Positions 9,623 to 18,258 of a stretch of 29,671 nt of DNA are shown here, piece by piece. Position numbers and translations under genes: made by a program. The DNA lies in NCBI GenBank assembly GCA_903891235.1, contig CAITDW010000081.1:1-29671 (forward strand), written 5' to 3'. A model generated the notes under the pieces. It was not told where the DNA came from, made no database searches, and worked only from the letters and a program-made list of their open reading frames with translations. This stretch comes from an uncultured Candidatus Saccharibacteria bacterium (lineage in GTDB: Bacteria > Patescibacteriota > Saccharimonadia > Saccharimonadales > UBA4665). How positions within the stretch are numbered: the first letter of the stretch is position 1; every line of letters begins with the position of its first letter.

Positions 9623-12208
9623 ATGAAATATATTGAAAAAAAAATCTTAGTTTTGTTTGATAAAACAAGATTTAAAATAGCTTATTTAATCTTTTCTTTA
9701 TTGGCTCTGTTTTTAACTGTTTTTTATTGGGCTTTTTTAGGTGCGAAATTTAATCTCAATATTAGTGATCAGTTAGTTGGACCAAATTTATTTGAGAATG
9801 CACAAGTATTCAAAGATGCCCTTATACCTGGTGTTCATAGTTTCTTCATTAAATGGCCTGTGTTTTATATTGTGAAGTATTTTCATTACTCATCAAATGC
9901 TTTTATTTATTCCTCTGTGGCATTATGTTTACTAACCGTTGGGCTTTTAGTTTTAATTCTTTATAGAATAGAAAAACGCCCAATATTTTTTGGTAGTCTT
10001 TGTTTGGTTCTTGCTTCGGTTTTATTATTAGTACCAATTGAGCCCTTACCAGGATCGTTTCTCCCAGTTAATATGGCAATGATTGCTACTAGAAATATTG
10101 AGTATGTAATTTTTATATTTAGTTTAGTGTTAATTATTAGCAATAAGGGGATTAGAAAATGGCAATATTGGTTATCTGTAATATTGTTGTCTTCTCTAGT
10201 TGCATCAGATAAGCTATTCTTTTCGATTAGTATAGGTGGGTCAGTTCTGGGTCTTATAGTTTACTCATTTTTGAAAAAATGGCGATTCGTTAAGATTTTT
10301 GCGCACTGGTTTGGGGCTTCAATACTTGCTGGAATTATAGGCAATTTATTACTGGTTGTAATTAATCGATTGCAAATAACCAGTATAGTTAGTTCGACTT
10401 CTACATCATATTATGCCGCTAGCGGAGGCGCTAAGAATATCGGTTTGGGGCTAATCTACGGAGTTATGTCTATTTTTACAAATCTTGGGGCTAATCCTGC
10501 AACAGATGCATTTACAGTAAAATCAGTAGGTCGTATTTTCTTCAATAACTTATTTAGCTATATTTTTATTGGTTACGTGGTTAATATTTCCGTTCTAGTG
10601 TTTGGCTTATTAGTAATCTATAAAATTGTATTGTTAAGTTTACAACCAAAGCAATCGGCAAAAAATAATGATTTTAAGATAGATAATTATTATTTATTGT
10701 CATTAATGCTAATATTTTCCTCATTGATAATGTTTGGTTTATTTGTTGTTACTAATCATTATTATCCTGCCGATGCCAGATATCTAACTATTGTTTTGTT
10801 TGCAGTTTTTATATCAATTGCAACCTATCTCAGAGGCAAAAAATTGAAGCCTAATTTAATTTTTGCAGTAATGTTGTTATCAATTATAGGTATTATTTCT
10901 GGTTTAAGTTTCGCTAATAATAACTATCGGGTGAACGTATCGGCATTCAATAATGTAAATAAACAAAATTTATTAATATTGGGTGCTGTTAAAAACCATC
11001 CCGTATCAAATATAATCGGTAATTATTGGAGGGTTTTTCCACTTCAAGCCAAGTCTGGTCATAAACAGTCAGTTATACCACTTGGTGGCTGTTCCAACTT
11101 CAACCCAAGTCCTACAAGTACAGCATGGCAAGATAACTATGCTCATAAGAGTTTTGCATATATATTAACTCTTAATGGTAGTTTGACTAATTATCCTAGT
11201 TGCTCCATCAGCCAGGTATATTCATTTTTTGGTAAACCAAATTCTAGCTTATTAATTTCTGGGACAATTTCTAATCCGAATGAATTATTACTATTCTACG
11301 ACAAAGGCACCACTAAGCCAGTTCAAAAAAATACTTCGGTTAATAATGGCTCGATTTTACCAATAAGCATAAATCAAATAAGTGGTGCTTTTTGTTCTGG
11401 ACCAACAGTTATGGCTATAATGGCCCATGAGGACGATGATTTATTGTTTATGAATCCAGATATTCAAAAAGATATCGCTGCTGGTCGTTGTATCGTTAGC
11501 GTCTATTTAACGGCTGGCGATGCTGGCAATAGTCAGTTCTATTGGCTAGGTCGTCAATCTGGTTCAGAAGCAGCCTATGGCTATATGACAAGCACTTCAG
11601 GTGAGCCCTGGAATAAGATTAATGTTCAGCTTGATTCTGGCCAATACTTACAAATAGCTACTCAGAAAAATAATCCAAAAATTTCTTTAGTTTATATGCT
11701 CTTACCAGACGGCAACACAAACAATAGTGGCTTTAAATCTAGTAATTATGAAACTTTGACAAAACTTAAAAGGGGCGATATTCAGTTTATAAATTCTGTA
11801 GATAATCAATCTTCTTACTCAAAAGCCCAATTAATTAATGCTTTAGTTGAGTTAATGTCAGTCTATCGGCCGTCACTGATTAGAACTCAGTCTGGATATG
11901 TAGGTAGTGTTTTTATGGATCATCCAGATCATGTAGCTACCTCATATTATGCTACTCAGGCATTAGCCTTATATGAAAATAATCAATATCAGAATCTAAT
12001 TACTATACCTATCTATCATTATTTAGGTTATCCTGTGCACGAATTAGAAGCAAACATATCTTCAGGCCCTGATTTTGAGAAAAAAGTTGCAGCATTTTTA
12101 TTTTACTCTCGTAACGATCCATCAACATGTAATTCATATCAGGATTGTTTGCATGGAAATAATGCTTATAAGTATTATTTGTCTAGAAATTATGAAAAGC
12201 CTTATTAA
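9623..12208 (+). CDS. Polytopic GT-C-like membrane protein fused to a C-terminal PIG-L/LmbE family de-N-acetylase
   Basis: About 11-13 hydrophobic segments in aa 20-430, with NISD after TM1, SDKLFF and DARYL (GT-C-like, inferred). From aa ~593: AHEDDDLLFMNPD, VYLTAGDAG and DHPDH, the PIG-L metal-binding motifs. Confidence 0.75.
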   Translation: MKYIEKKILVLFDKTRFKIAYLIFSLLALFLTVFYWAFLGAKFNLNISDQLVGPNLFENAQVFKDALIPGVHSFFIKWPVFYIVKYFHYSSNAFIYSSVALCLLTVGLLVLILYRIEKRPIFFGSLCLVLASVLLLVPIEPLPGSFLPVNMAMIATRNIEYVIFIFSLVLIISNKGIRKWQYWLSVILLSSLVASDKLFFSISIGGSVLGLIVYSFLKKWRFVKIFAHWFGASILAGIIGNLLLVVINRLQITSIVSSTSTSYYAASGGAKNIGLGLIYGVMSIFTNLGANPATDAFTVKSVGRIFFNNLFSYIFIGYVVNISVLVFGLLVIYKIVLLSLQPKQSAKNNDFKIDNYYLLSLMLIFSSLIMFGLFVVTNHYYPADARYLTIVLFAVFISIATYLRGKKLKPNLIFAVMLLSIIGIISGLSFANNNYRVNVSAFNNVNKQNLLILGAVKNHPVSNIIGNYWRVFPLQAKSGHKQSVIPLGGCSNFNPSPTSTAWQDNYAHKSFAYILTLNGSLTNYPSCSISQVYSFFGKPNSSLLISGTISNPNELLLFYDKGTTKPVQKNTSVNNGSILPISINQISGAFCSGPTVMAIMAHEDDDLLFMNPDIQKDIAAGRCIVSVYLTAGDAGNSQFYWLGRQSGSEAAYGYMTSTSGEPWNKINVQLDSGQYLQIATQKNNPKISLVYMLLPDGNTNNSGFKSSNYETLTKLKRGDIQFINSVDNQSSYSKAQLINALVELMSVYRPSLIRTQSGYVGSVFMDHPDHVATSYYATQALALYENNQYQNLITIPIYHYLGYPVHELEANISSGPDFEKKVAAFLFYSRNDPSTCNSYQDCLHGNNAYKYYLSRNYEKPY

Positions 12209-12675
12209 TCTTTTTTTAAGCTAAGAACGATGTGCCTATCTCTGCCCTCACCGGCTGATTCGCTTGCAAGATCATTATCTGAGGCAACCTGATGCACTAC
12301 TCTTCTATCGGCAGGATTCATAGGCTTTAAATTAAGTGGTTCTTTGGAATCTTTCACCTGCTTAACCCATTCTTCTGCTTGTTCTTTAATTCTTTCTGCG
12401 CGTTGTTTTTTATAATCGGCAATGTCTACATTAACTCTTGTTAGTTCATATTCATTGTTTCTAAGCGCATTACTAACCATGAACTGAAGAGCTCTTACGG
12501 TTTCTCCTCTTTGACCAATCAAGAAACCATTAAGGTGAGAAGAAGCTACATTTAGTTCAATGACTTCATTATCATCAGAAGACGCTTGAACTACTGTATT
12601 TAAACCAAAGAAAGTTAATAAATCCTCTAGGTATTTTTTTGCATAGTTAATTGATGCGTCTAAATTTTTATCCAT
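12205..12675 (-). CDS. jag: Jag/KhpB (EloR) RNA-binding protein, KH + R3H domains, no N-terminal JAG domain
   Basis: GFLIGQRGETVRALQ (KH GxxG), VDIADYK, MNPADRRVVH (R3H), GEGRDRHIV; downstream of yidC. Confidence 0.92.
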   Translation of the reverse strand: MDKNLDASINYAKKYLEDLLTFFGLNTVVQASSDDNEVIELNVASSHLNGFLIGQRGETVRALQFMVSNALRNNEYELTRVNVDIADYKKQRAERIKEQAEEWVKQVKDSKEPLNLKPMNPADRRVVHQVASDNDLASESAGEGRDRHIVLSLKKD

Positions 12676-12677
12676 AA

Positions 12678-13613
12678 TTATTTCTTCCTCCTTTTTTTAG
12701 CTTTAGTGGTTTTGATTTTTTTATTTTTAGATTGAGTTGTTTTCTTTGAAATGACTTCACCTTCTATAATGGTCTCTTTGTCAGGTTCATCGGCAATTGC
12801 TTCCATTTCTTCTTCGTCTTTTCCTAGGACTCTAGATTGTTGCCAAAAAGCAACGATACCACTAGTCAACCAATAAAGTGACAAAGCAGAAGCCACACTA
12901 ACAGTGAACAAGAAGATCATGACAGGAAGTAAGTATCTAGTGCTTTTCCCAACAGCTGCGTTAACTTCAGATGAGTCAGCAGCTTTACCGGTACCAGCAT
13001 CTTTAAGTATATGTCTTAGTTTGCGAGCATTTTTATCTGTCGGCATAAGTTGTTTGCTCTGATAAAACTGTACTACGGCACTGGCTATAACAATTACCAT
13101 GGCGGGCCAATATATTCCATGGCCACCACCAAGAGCGCTCTTAGATAAATTAACTACCTTTAAGAATGTATTATCAAAAAGATTAATATCATGTGATAAC
13201 TTAACCATCCATGGTAAATGCTGAAGAGGCACGTAGGCAAAAGAAATTAATTGATGTGGGTCACTAATAACTCTTCTTATTCCGCTATATAAGGCTAAGA
13301 ATATTGGTAGTTGAATTAATAAGATGCCGATTGAACCAAGGGGATTAATGCCTTTTTCTTTATATAATTCCATTAACATCTGAGATTCTTTTTGGCGATC
13401 ACCTTGTGCTGCTTTTTTGATTTTCTTAATTTCTGGTTGAACCGTTCTCATTACTTTTGCTTGATGAAGTTGTTTCTTTACAAGTGGACCAAGTAGGAGC
13501 CGGATGATTATTGTAAAAATAATTATACTTAGACCAAAATTATGCCCAGGTATAATGGCATAAATGAAGACTAGTAGATTAAAGATAGGTTGAACAATCA
13601 AAGTTGTAAACAT
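12678..13613 (-). CDS. yidC: Membrane protein insertase YidC/Oxa1, short monoderm-type with basic C-tail
   Basis: NFGLSIIIFTIIIRLLLGPL, QPEIKKI, MELYKEKGINP, LIQLPIFLALY, LYWLTS...QQ; tail KKIKTTKAKKRRKK. Confidence 0.95.
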   Translation of the reverse strand: MFTTLIVQPIFNLLVFIYAIIPGHNFGLSIIIFTIIIRLLLGPLVKKQLHQAKVMRTVQPEIKKIKKAAQGDRQKESQMLMELYKEKGINPLGSIGILLIQLPIFLALYSGIRRVISDPHQLISFAYVPLQHLPWMVKLSHDINLFDNTFLKVVNLSKSALGGGHGIYWPAMVIVIASAVVQFYQSKQLMPTDKNARKLRHILKDAGTGKAADSSEVNAAVGKSTRYLLPVMIFLFTVSVASALSLYWLTSGIVAFWQQSRVLGKDEEEMEAIADEPDKETIIEGEVISKKTTQSKNKKIKTTKAKKRRKK

Positions 13614-13632
13614 CAGCGATTCCTTTTTATAT

Positions 13633-13641
13633 ATTTTAACA
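13633..13641 (-). promoter_or_regulatory. Extended -10 promoter for yidC-jag
   Basis: TG-T-TAAAAT on the minus strand, followed by an SD-like AAGGA 7 nt before ATG 13613. Confidence 0.5.
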
Positions 13642-13660
13642 TAATTTGTTGATTATTAGA

Positions 13661-14008
13661 TTAGCTAATTATGTCGGCTTTTTTTAGTAGATCAACAGTT
13701 ATTGATTCAAGCTCGAGATAATCAATGTCTTGCAAGCTTGGGCTAAAGACTGTTAAGGCCATATCATATGGTTTGTCGATTTTATCTTGGTGGAGTCTAA
13801 TAATCTCGTAAAGTCTTCTTCTAATTCTATTTCTAACAATTGCAGATTTATGAACTTTTTTTGAAACAATTATTGCAAGTCGCCAAGTTTCCCGGTTGTT
13901 ATTAATAATAAAACGAAGTGCAAGTTGTTCAGCCCTCACTGTTTTACCACGCGAATAAAGATAGCGGAGGCTACCGTGTCCGTGAAAACGGTTAGCTCTT
14001 GCTATCAT
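13661..14008 (-). CDS. rnpA: Ribonuclease P protein component
   Basis: RLAIIVSKKVHKSAIVRNRIRRR (RNR motif); lies between rpmH and yidC; SD-like AGAAAGGA upstream. Confidence 0.95.
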   Translation of the reverse strand: MIARANRFHGHGSLRYLYSRGKTVRAEQLALRFIINNNRETWRLAIIVSKKVHKSAIVRNRIRRRLYEIIRLHQDKIDKPYDMALTVFSPSLQDIDYLELESITVDLLKKADIIS

Positions 14009-14041
14009 AAAACAATAAGTCCTTTCTTCTGTTTTTTAATC

Positions 14042-14179
14042 TTAGTGAGAAAGTTGTTTGCGGCCTTTAATTCGTCGTCTTTTTAAAACCGCTTTTCCAC
14101 TTTTGGTGGCCATTCTCTTAAAAAAACCGTGTTCTTTGGCTCTAGATCGTTTTTTTGGTTGGTAAGTTCTTTTTGGCAT
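14042..14179 (-). CDS. rpmH: 50S ribosomal protein L34 (45 aa, absent from the ORF track)
   Basis: Hand translation: [45 protein letters not shown]; canonical position, divergent from dnaA. Confidence 0.98.
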   Translation of the reverse strand: MPKRTYQPKKRSRAKEHGFFKRMATKSGKAVLKRRRIKGRKQLSH

Positions 14180-14186
14180 ATCCTAT

Positions 14187-14216
14187 ACTCTACCTAAGTG
14201 ATATTAATATGGTCAA
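14187..14216 (-). promoter_or_regulatory. Sigma70-type promoter of rpmH-rnpA, probably leaderless
   Basis: TTGACC (14216-14211) - 18 nt - TAGAGT (14192-14187) - 7 nt - ATG. Confidence 0.55.
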
Positions 14217-14309
14217 GTTTAATCTTTGATCCCTAAGTATATAAAACTTGTTGCAGGTAGCTTTCTTTTAAGTTAATTTAACAATATTTTACCTACTAAT
14301 TCTAGCACT

Positions 14310-14435
14310 TTTTCCACTTATAAACAAATATTATCCACAGATCTCTAGAGAGAGATTATTTATGTGTACAACTTTACCCTGTTGGAGTTTTTTTATATTA
14401 TTTAATTCTTTTATTACTTGGAAGCCTGTGGAAAA
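14310..14435. promoter_or_regulatory. DnaA-box cluster upstream of dnaA
   Basis: Perfect TTATCCACA at 14331-14339 and reverse TGTGGAAAA at 14427-14435; one-mismatch boxes TTTTCCACT (14310-14318) and TGTGTACAA (14363-14371) against TTWTNCACA. Confidence 0.8.
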
Positions 14436-14446
14436 TTATGTATAGT
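14418..14446 (+). promoter_or_regulatory. Putative dnaA promoter
   Basis: TTGGAA (14418-14423) - 17 nt - TATAGT (14441-14446); the spacer contains a DnaA box. Confidence 0.5.
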
Positions 14447-14473
14447 AGAGATACAAAAGTTATGGGTAATATT

Positions 14474-15832
14474 ATGCAAGAGGGAGTTTTATGGCAGTCA
14501 GTGCTCGGTGAAATCGAGTTATCTATTTCGCGTGCCAGTTACGTAACTTGGTTTAAAAATACTCAGATGATAAGAAACAAAAATGGGATAGTCGTAGTCG
14601 GAGTACCTAATGTCTTTATTAAGCAGCAATTAGAAAGAAAGTTTAATGATCTAATTGTTGATACATTAAAGAAAAACGGTATCGATAGTATAAAAGTTGA
14701 ATATAAGATTGTTAGTTTAGATAAAAACAAAACTCGTAGTGAAGATATAATGATACTTAATGAAAACCAGCCAACTAAGCAAAAAAATAGTGGTAGTAGT
14801 TTATCTCATAAATACAGGCAGGGTTTAAATGAAAAATATACATTTGATAATTTCATAGTCGGAGCTGGTAATGAGTTAGCTTATGCTGCATGCCAAGCAA
14901 TAGTTGCTAATCCTGGAAAAAAATATAATCCTCTCTTCTTGTATGGTGGTGTTGGTATTGGAAAAACTCATTTAATTCAAGCTGTTGGTAATTCTGTCTT
15001 AAATAAAAACCCTGATGCTAGAGTGGTTTATGCATCCACAGAACAATTTGTTCAAGAATTTGTTGATGCTCTTAGATTTAAAAAGAATACAGATTTTGCT
15101 GGATTCTATAGAGGTGCTGATGTATTAATTGTAGATGATGTTCAATTCCTAGCTGGTAAGGAAAAAATCCAGGAAGAATTTTTCCATACATTTAACGCTC
15201 TACACCAAGCCAATAAACAGATAATTATTTCATCGGATAAACCGCCTCGTGAAATTCCAACTTTAGAAGAAAGGCTTCGTTCTCGTTTCGTTTGGGGGAT
15301 GAGTATAGATATGCAGAATCCTGATTTCGAGACTAGATGTGCAATTATTCAAACAAAGGCTAGTGGTCATGGATTAGAGCTTTCACCACAAGTAGTTGAA
15401 TATTTAGCTAATTATGTACAGACAAACATAAGAGAATTAGAGGGAGCATTAAATCAATTATTGGCTTTTTGTGAAATGAGAGAATTAGAACCGAGTTTAG
15501 AAGTCACGTCCTCATTACTTGGAAGCGGTAAAGCAAGACCAAAACATATTAGTCCTAAACAAGTAATAGAAAAAACAGCTAAATATTTTCAAATCACAAT
15601 TGAAGACATAATTGGTCCAAAAAGAGACAAAGATATTGTTGTTCCTAGACAGATTGCCATGTATATATTAAGAAGTGAATTACATCTTAGTTTTCCTAAG
15701 ATAGCTAGAGAACTTGGTAGAAAAGACCATACAACTGCTATACATTCAATAGATAAAATTGAGAAAGAATCAATTCTAAACAACTCAATTAAACTTGCAA
15801 TTTCTAAAATAAAAGAGCGTTTATATGTGTAA
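14474..15832 (+). CDS. dnaA: Chromosomal replication initiator DnaA
   Basis: YTFDNFIVGAGN, YNPLFLYGGVGIGKTH (Walker A), DDVQF, RLRSRF, NIRELEGAL, RQIAMY, GRKDHTT. Start placed at MQEG (14474); 14462 is an alternative, and 14438 overlaps the predicted promoter. Confidence 0.98.
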   Translation: MQEGVLWQSVLGEIELSISRASYVTWFKNTQMIRNKNGIVVVGVPNVFIKQQLERKFNDLIVDTLKKNGIDSIKVEYKIVSLDKNKTRSEDIMILNENQPTKQKNSGSSLSHKYRQGLNEKYTFDNFIVGAGNELAYAACQAIVANPGKKYNPLFLYGGVGIGKTHLIQAVGNSVLNKNPDARVVYASTEQFVQEFVDALRFKKNTDFAGFYRGADVLIVDDVQFLAGKEKIQEEFFHTFNALHQANKQIIISSDKPPREIPTLEERLRSRFVWGMSIDMQNPDFETRCAIIQTKASGHGLELSPQVVEYLANYVQTNIRELEGALNQLLAFCEMRELEPSLEVTSSLLGSGKARPKHISPKQVIEKTAKYFQITIEDIIGPKRDKDIVVPRQIAMYILRSELHLSFPKIARELGRKDHTTAIHSIDKIEKESILNNSIKLAISKIKERLYV

Positions 15833-16080
15833 AAATTGGGTACAAATTGTGTTTGTTTTTATGAAACGATTAACTTTAGTACACAGCTTTGTAAGTTTTC
15901 TAATAACTAGTGTTCATAAGCTAGTCATTTGTACAAGTTTTGTAACAACTTTATACAATGCTTATACCACTATGAAAAAACATGTAAATAACCTGTTAGT
16001 TGAGTCTTTTTACACACTATCCACAGGACTAATAATAACTAGAGCTTTTTTAGATAATTTATTTTTTATTATTAATAACA
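15826..16080. other. oriC unwinding region (dnaA-dnaN spacer)
   Basis: Perfect boxes TGTGTAAAA (15826-15834) and TTTTACACA (16008-16016); one-mismatch boxes at 15911-15919, 15983-15991 and CTATCCACA (16017-16025). These are followed by GG, CTA-ATA-ATA trio-like repeats (16029-16037) and an AT-rich tract (16051-16080). Confidence 0.85.
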
Positions 16081-16093
16081 ATGGGGGTATAAC

Positions 16094-17185
16094 ATGAAGA
16101 TACAAGTCACTCAGGAAAATCTAAACAAAGCTTTAAGTAGTGTAGCTCGAGTAGCTTCAACTAGAAATACCCTACCAATCTTAGCGAACGTATTAATTAA
16201 AACTGTTGGAACTAGATTGAGTATATCTGCAACTAATTTAGATATAGCCATTACTTATTATATTGGTTCAAAAGTATCGGAAGAAGGTTCAATTACTATC
16301 CCTGCCCGTCTGGTTCAGGACTTTGTTAGTTCCTTGCCAAGTGGAATTATAGAATTAAAACTTGATGAGTATAAACTCCACTTCTCTACTGGTACTTATA
16401 GATCAACTATTAATGGTATATCTTCGGAAGAATTCCCTGTCCTACCTAACATAAAAGATGGTTCAGAATGGAAAATAGAATCCTCACTTCTAAAAAAGAA
16501 ACTACAACAAGTAATTATTGCTGCATCTAATGACGATACCCGACCAGTGCTTACTGGAGTATATTTTCATACCGACCAAGGTAATTTATTAATTGTAGCT
16601 ACAGATAGTTATAGATTAGCGGAAACAACTATCAAGAATGTTCGAAATGAAGTTAATATATTAGTTCCTTTCAATGCAACACAAGAGTTACTAAGACTAG
16701 TATCAGATTATGATGGTGATGTTGAAATCATTAATAACGACCAGCAAGTTCTTTTTAGAGTTGGTGACGTTGAACTTGTTGCTAGATTAATTGATGGAAA
16801 ATATCCAAATTATTCTAGCTTGATCCCTAAAAAATTCTTAACTACCGCTAGATTGCCAAAATCTGAATTACTCAATATTGTTAAAGTATCTAGTTATTTT
16901 GCTAAAGAAAACGCTGGCAGTATAACTATAGATGTTAGCGAAGAGGATCAAAGTCTTAATATACATTCAATCGCCTCTCAACTGGGGGAAAATATTGCAA
17001 GTACAAAAGGAAAAATTAAAGGTGAAGGTTCAATAACTCTAAATTCTAGATATTTACTTGATGCTTTGCACGTTATGAACGGAAACGAAATTATTTTTAG
17101 TTTTAATGGTAAACTTGAACCCTCTCTTATAAGTGATCCAAGCGATAAAGAATATATACATGTTATTATGCCTCTAAAGAGCTAA
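16094..17185 (+). CDS. dnaN: DNA polymerase III beta sliding clamp
   Basis: LPILANVL, ATNLD, RPVLTGV, ATDSYRLA, RLIDGKYPNY, LNSRYLLDAL, HVIMPLK; GGGGG SD-like sequence at 16083-16087. Confidence 0.98.
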   Translation: MKIQVTQENLNKALSSVARVASTRNTLPILANVLIKTVGTRLSISATNLDIAITYYIGSKVSEEGSITIPARLVQDFVSSLPSGIIELKLDEYKLHFSTGTYRSTINGISSEEFPVLPNIKDGSEWKIESSLLKKKLQQVIIAASNDDTRPVLTGVYFHTDQGNLLIVATDSYRLAETTIKNVRNEVNILVPFNATQELLRLVSDYDGDVEIINNDQQVLFRVGDVELVARLIDGKYPNYSSLIPKKFLTTARLPKSELLNIVKVSSYFAKENAGSITIDVSEEDQSLNIHSIASQLGENIASTKGKIKGEGSITLNSRYLLDALHVMNGNEIIFSFNGKLEPSLISDPSDKEYIHVIMPLKS

Positions 17186-17195
17186 AATATATTTA

Positions 17196-18251
17196 ATGTT
17201 AACGGATATTAGATTACAGAACTTCAGATCATATAACGATGAATCGTTTGAACTCTCTAAAGGAGTTAATATTATAGTTGGTAAAAATGCCAGCGGAAAA
17301 ACTAATCTGCTTGAATCTCTTATACTAATAGCTGGTGAAAATTCATATAGAGGAAAAGACATAGAACTAATTAGTTTTAATAATGAATGGGCTAAAATAG
17401 ACTGCCATACAGACGATAATCAGACAAGGAGTATCAAGTTACAAAAGAACTACGAAAGTGTCTTTAAGGACTATGATATTGGCGGACAGAAGCTAAAAAG
17501 ACTTACATTAAGTAAAACCTTACCAATTGTTTTGTTTGAACCAGAAAATTTGTTAATACTTAGTAGCTCACCCGAAAGTCGAAGAAATTTTTTAGATGAT
17601 TTACTAGAAAAAATAAAACCTGGATTTAAAGATATTAGCAAACAATATAGAAGAGTGATATTTCAAAGGAACACTTTACTTAAAAATATATCTAATAAAA
17701 ATAATAATGAACTATTTGTTTGGAATTTAAGACTGAGTGAATTATCTGAAGTTATAGTTAAATATAGGCTCGAATTAATCGAGGTACTTAATAAGTCTTC
17801 AAGTGGTATATACAGTCAATTATCTAATAAAGATTCTGTAGTCAGTTTTTCTTATGTGACTAAAATTAATTTAAAAGACTATACATCAGATATCTTAAAA
17901 AAACTAGAATCATCAATGAACCAAGATTTCGTAAGGGGCTACACTTCTTTCGGGTGTCATAGGGATGATTTTGATTTAAAACTTAATGATCATTTAGTTG
18001 GTGAATCAGCTTCAAGGGGTGAAATGAGAACTCTTATGTTAGTCTGTAAAGTTTTAGAAACAAAAATAATTGAAAAATACCGAGATAAAAAACCATTACT
18101 TCTACTCGATGATGTTTTTAGTGAGCTTGATTCTGGACGAAGGAAATCGTTAACAAACTTTTTGAAAGACTATCAAACATTTATTACTACAACTGACGCA
18201 GACGTTATACTTCATCATTTTAGCCAATCTGCCAATATTATTGCTTTATAG
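17196..18251 (+). CDS. recF: DNA replication/repair protein RecF
   Basis: LQNFRSY, Walker A GKNASGKTN, PESRRNFLD, GCHRDD, SRGEMR, LLLLDDVFSELD; follows dnaN. Confidence 0.96.
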   Translation: MLTDIRLQNFRSYNDESFELSKGVNIIVGKNASGKTNLLESLILIAGENSYRGKDIELISFNNEWAKIDCHTDDNQTRSIKLQKNYESVFKDYDIGGQKLKRLTLSKTLPIVLFEPENLLILSSSPESRRNFLDDLLEKIKPGFKDISKQYRRVIFQRNTLLKNISNKNNNELFVWNLRLSELSEVIVKYRLELIEVLNKSSSGIYSQLSNKDSVVSFSYVTKINLKDYTSDILKKLESSMNQDFVRGYTSFGCHRDDFDLKLNDHLVGESASRGEMRTLMLVCKVLETKIIEKYRDKKPLLLLDDVFSELDSGRRKSLTNFLKDYQTFITTTDADVILHHFSQSANIIAL

Positions 18252-18258
18252 AATAAAC

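Noticed and set aside
13614-13660. Expected yidD
   Set aside because: Only 47 bp are available; there is no ORF.
14438-14473. Longer dnaA start given by the track
   Set aside because: It overlaps the predicted -10 box and lies just downstream of a DnaA box; MQEG (or MGNI) is the more plausible N-terminus.
2668-17362. Short track ORFs 2668-2877, 4013-4246, 4120-4305, 8592-8789, 9961-10143, 15589-15783, 17174-17362
   Set aside because: Antisense or off-frame shadows lying within or across well-supported genes, with no motifs.
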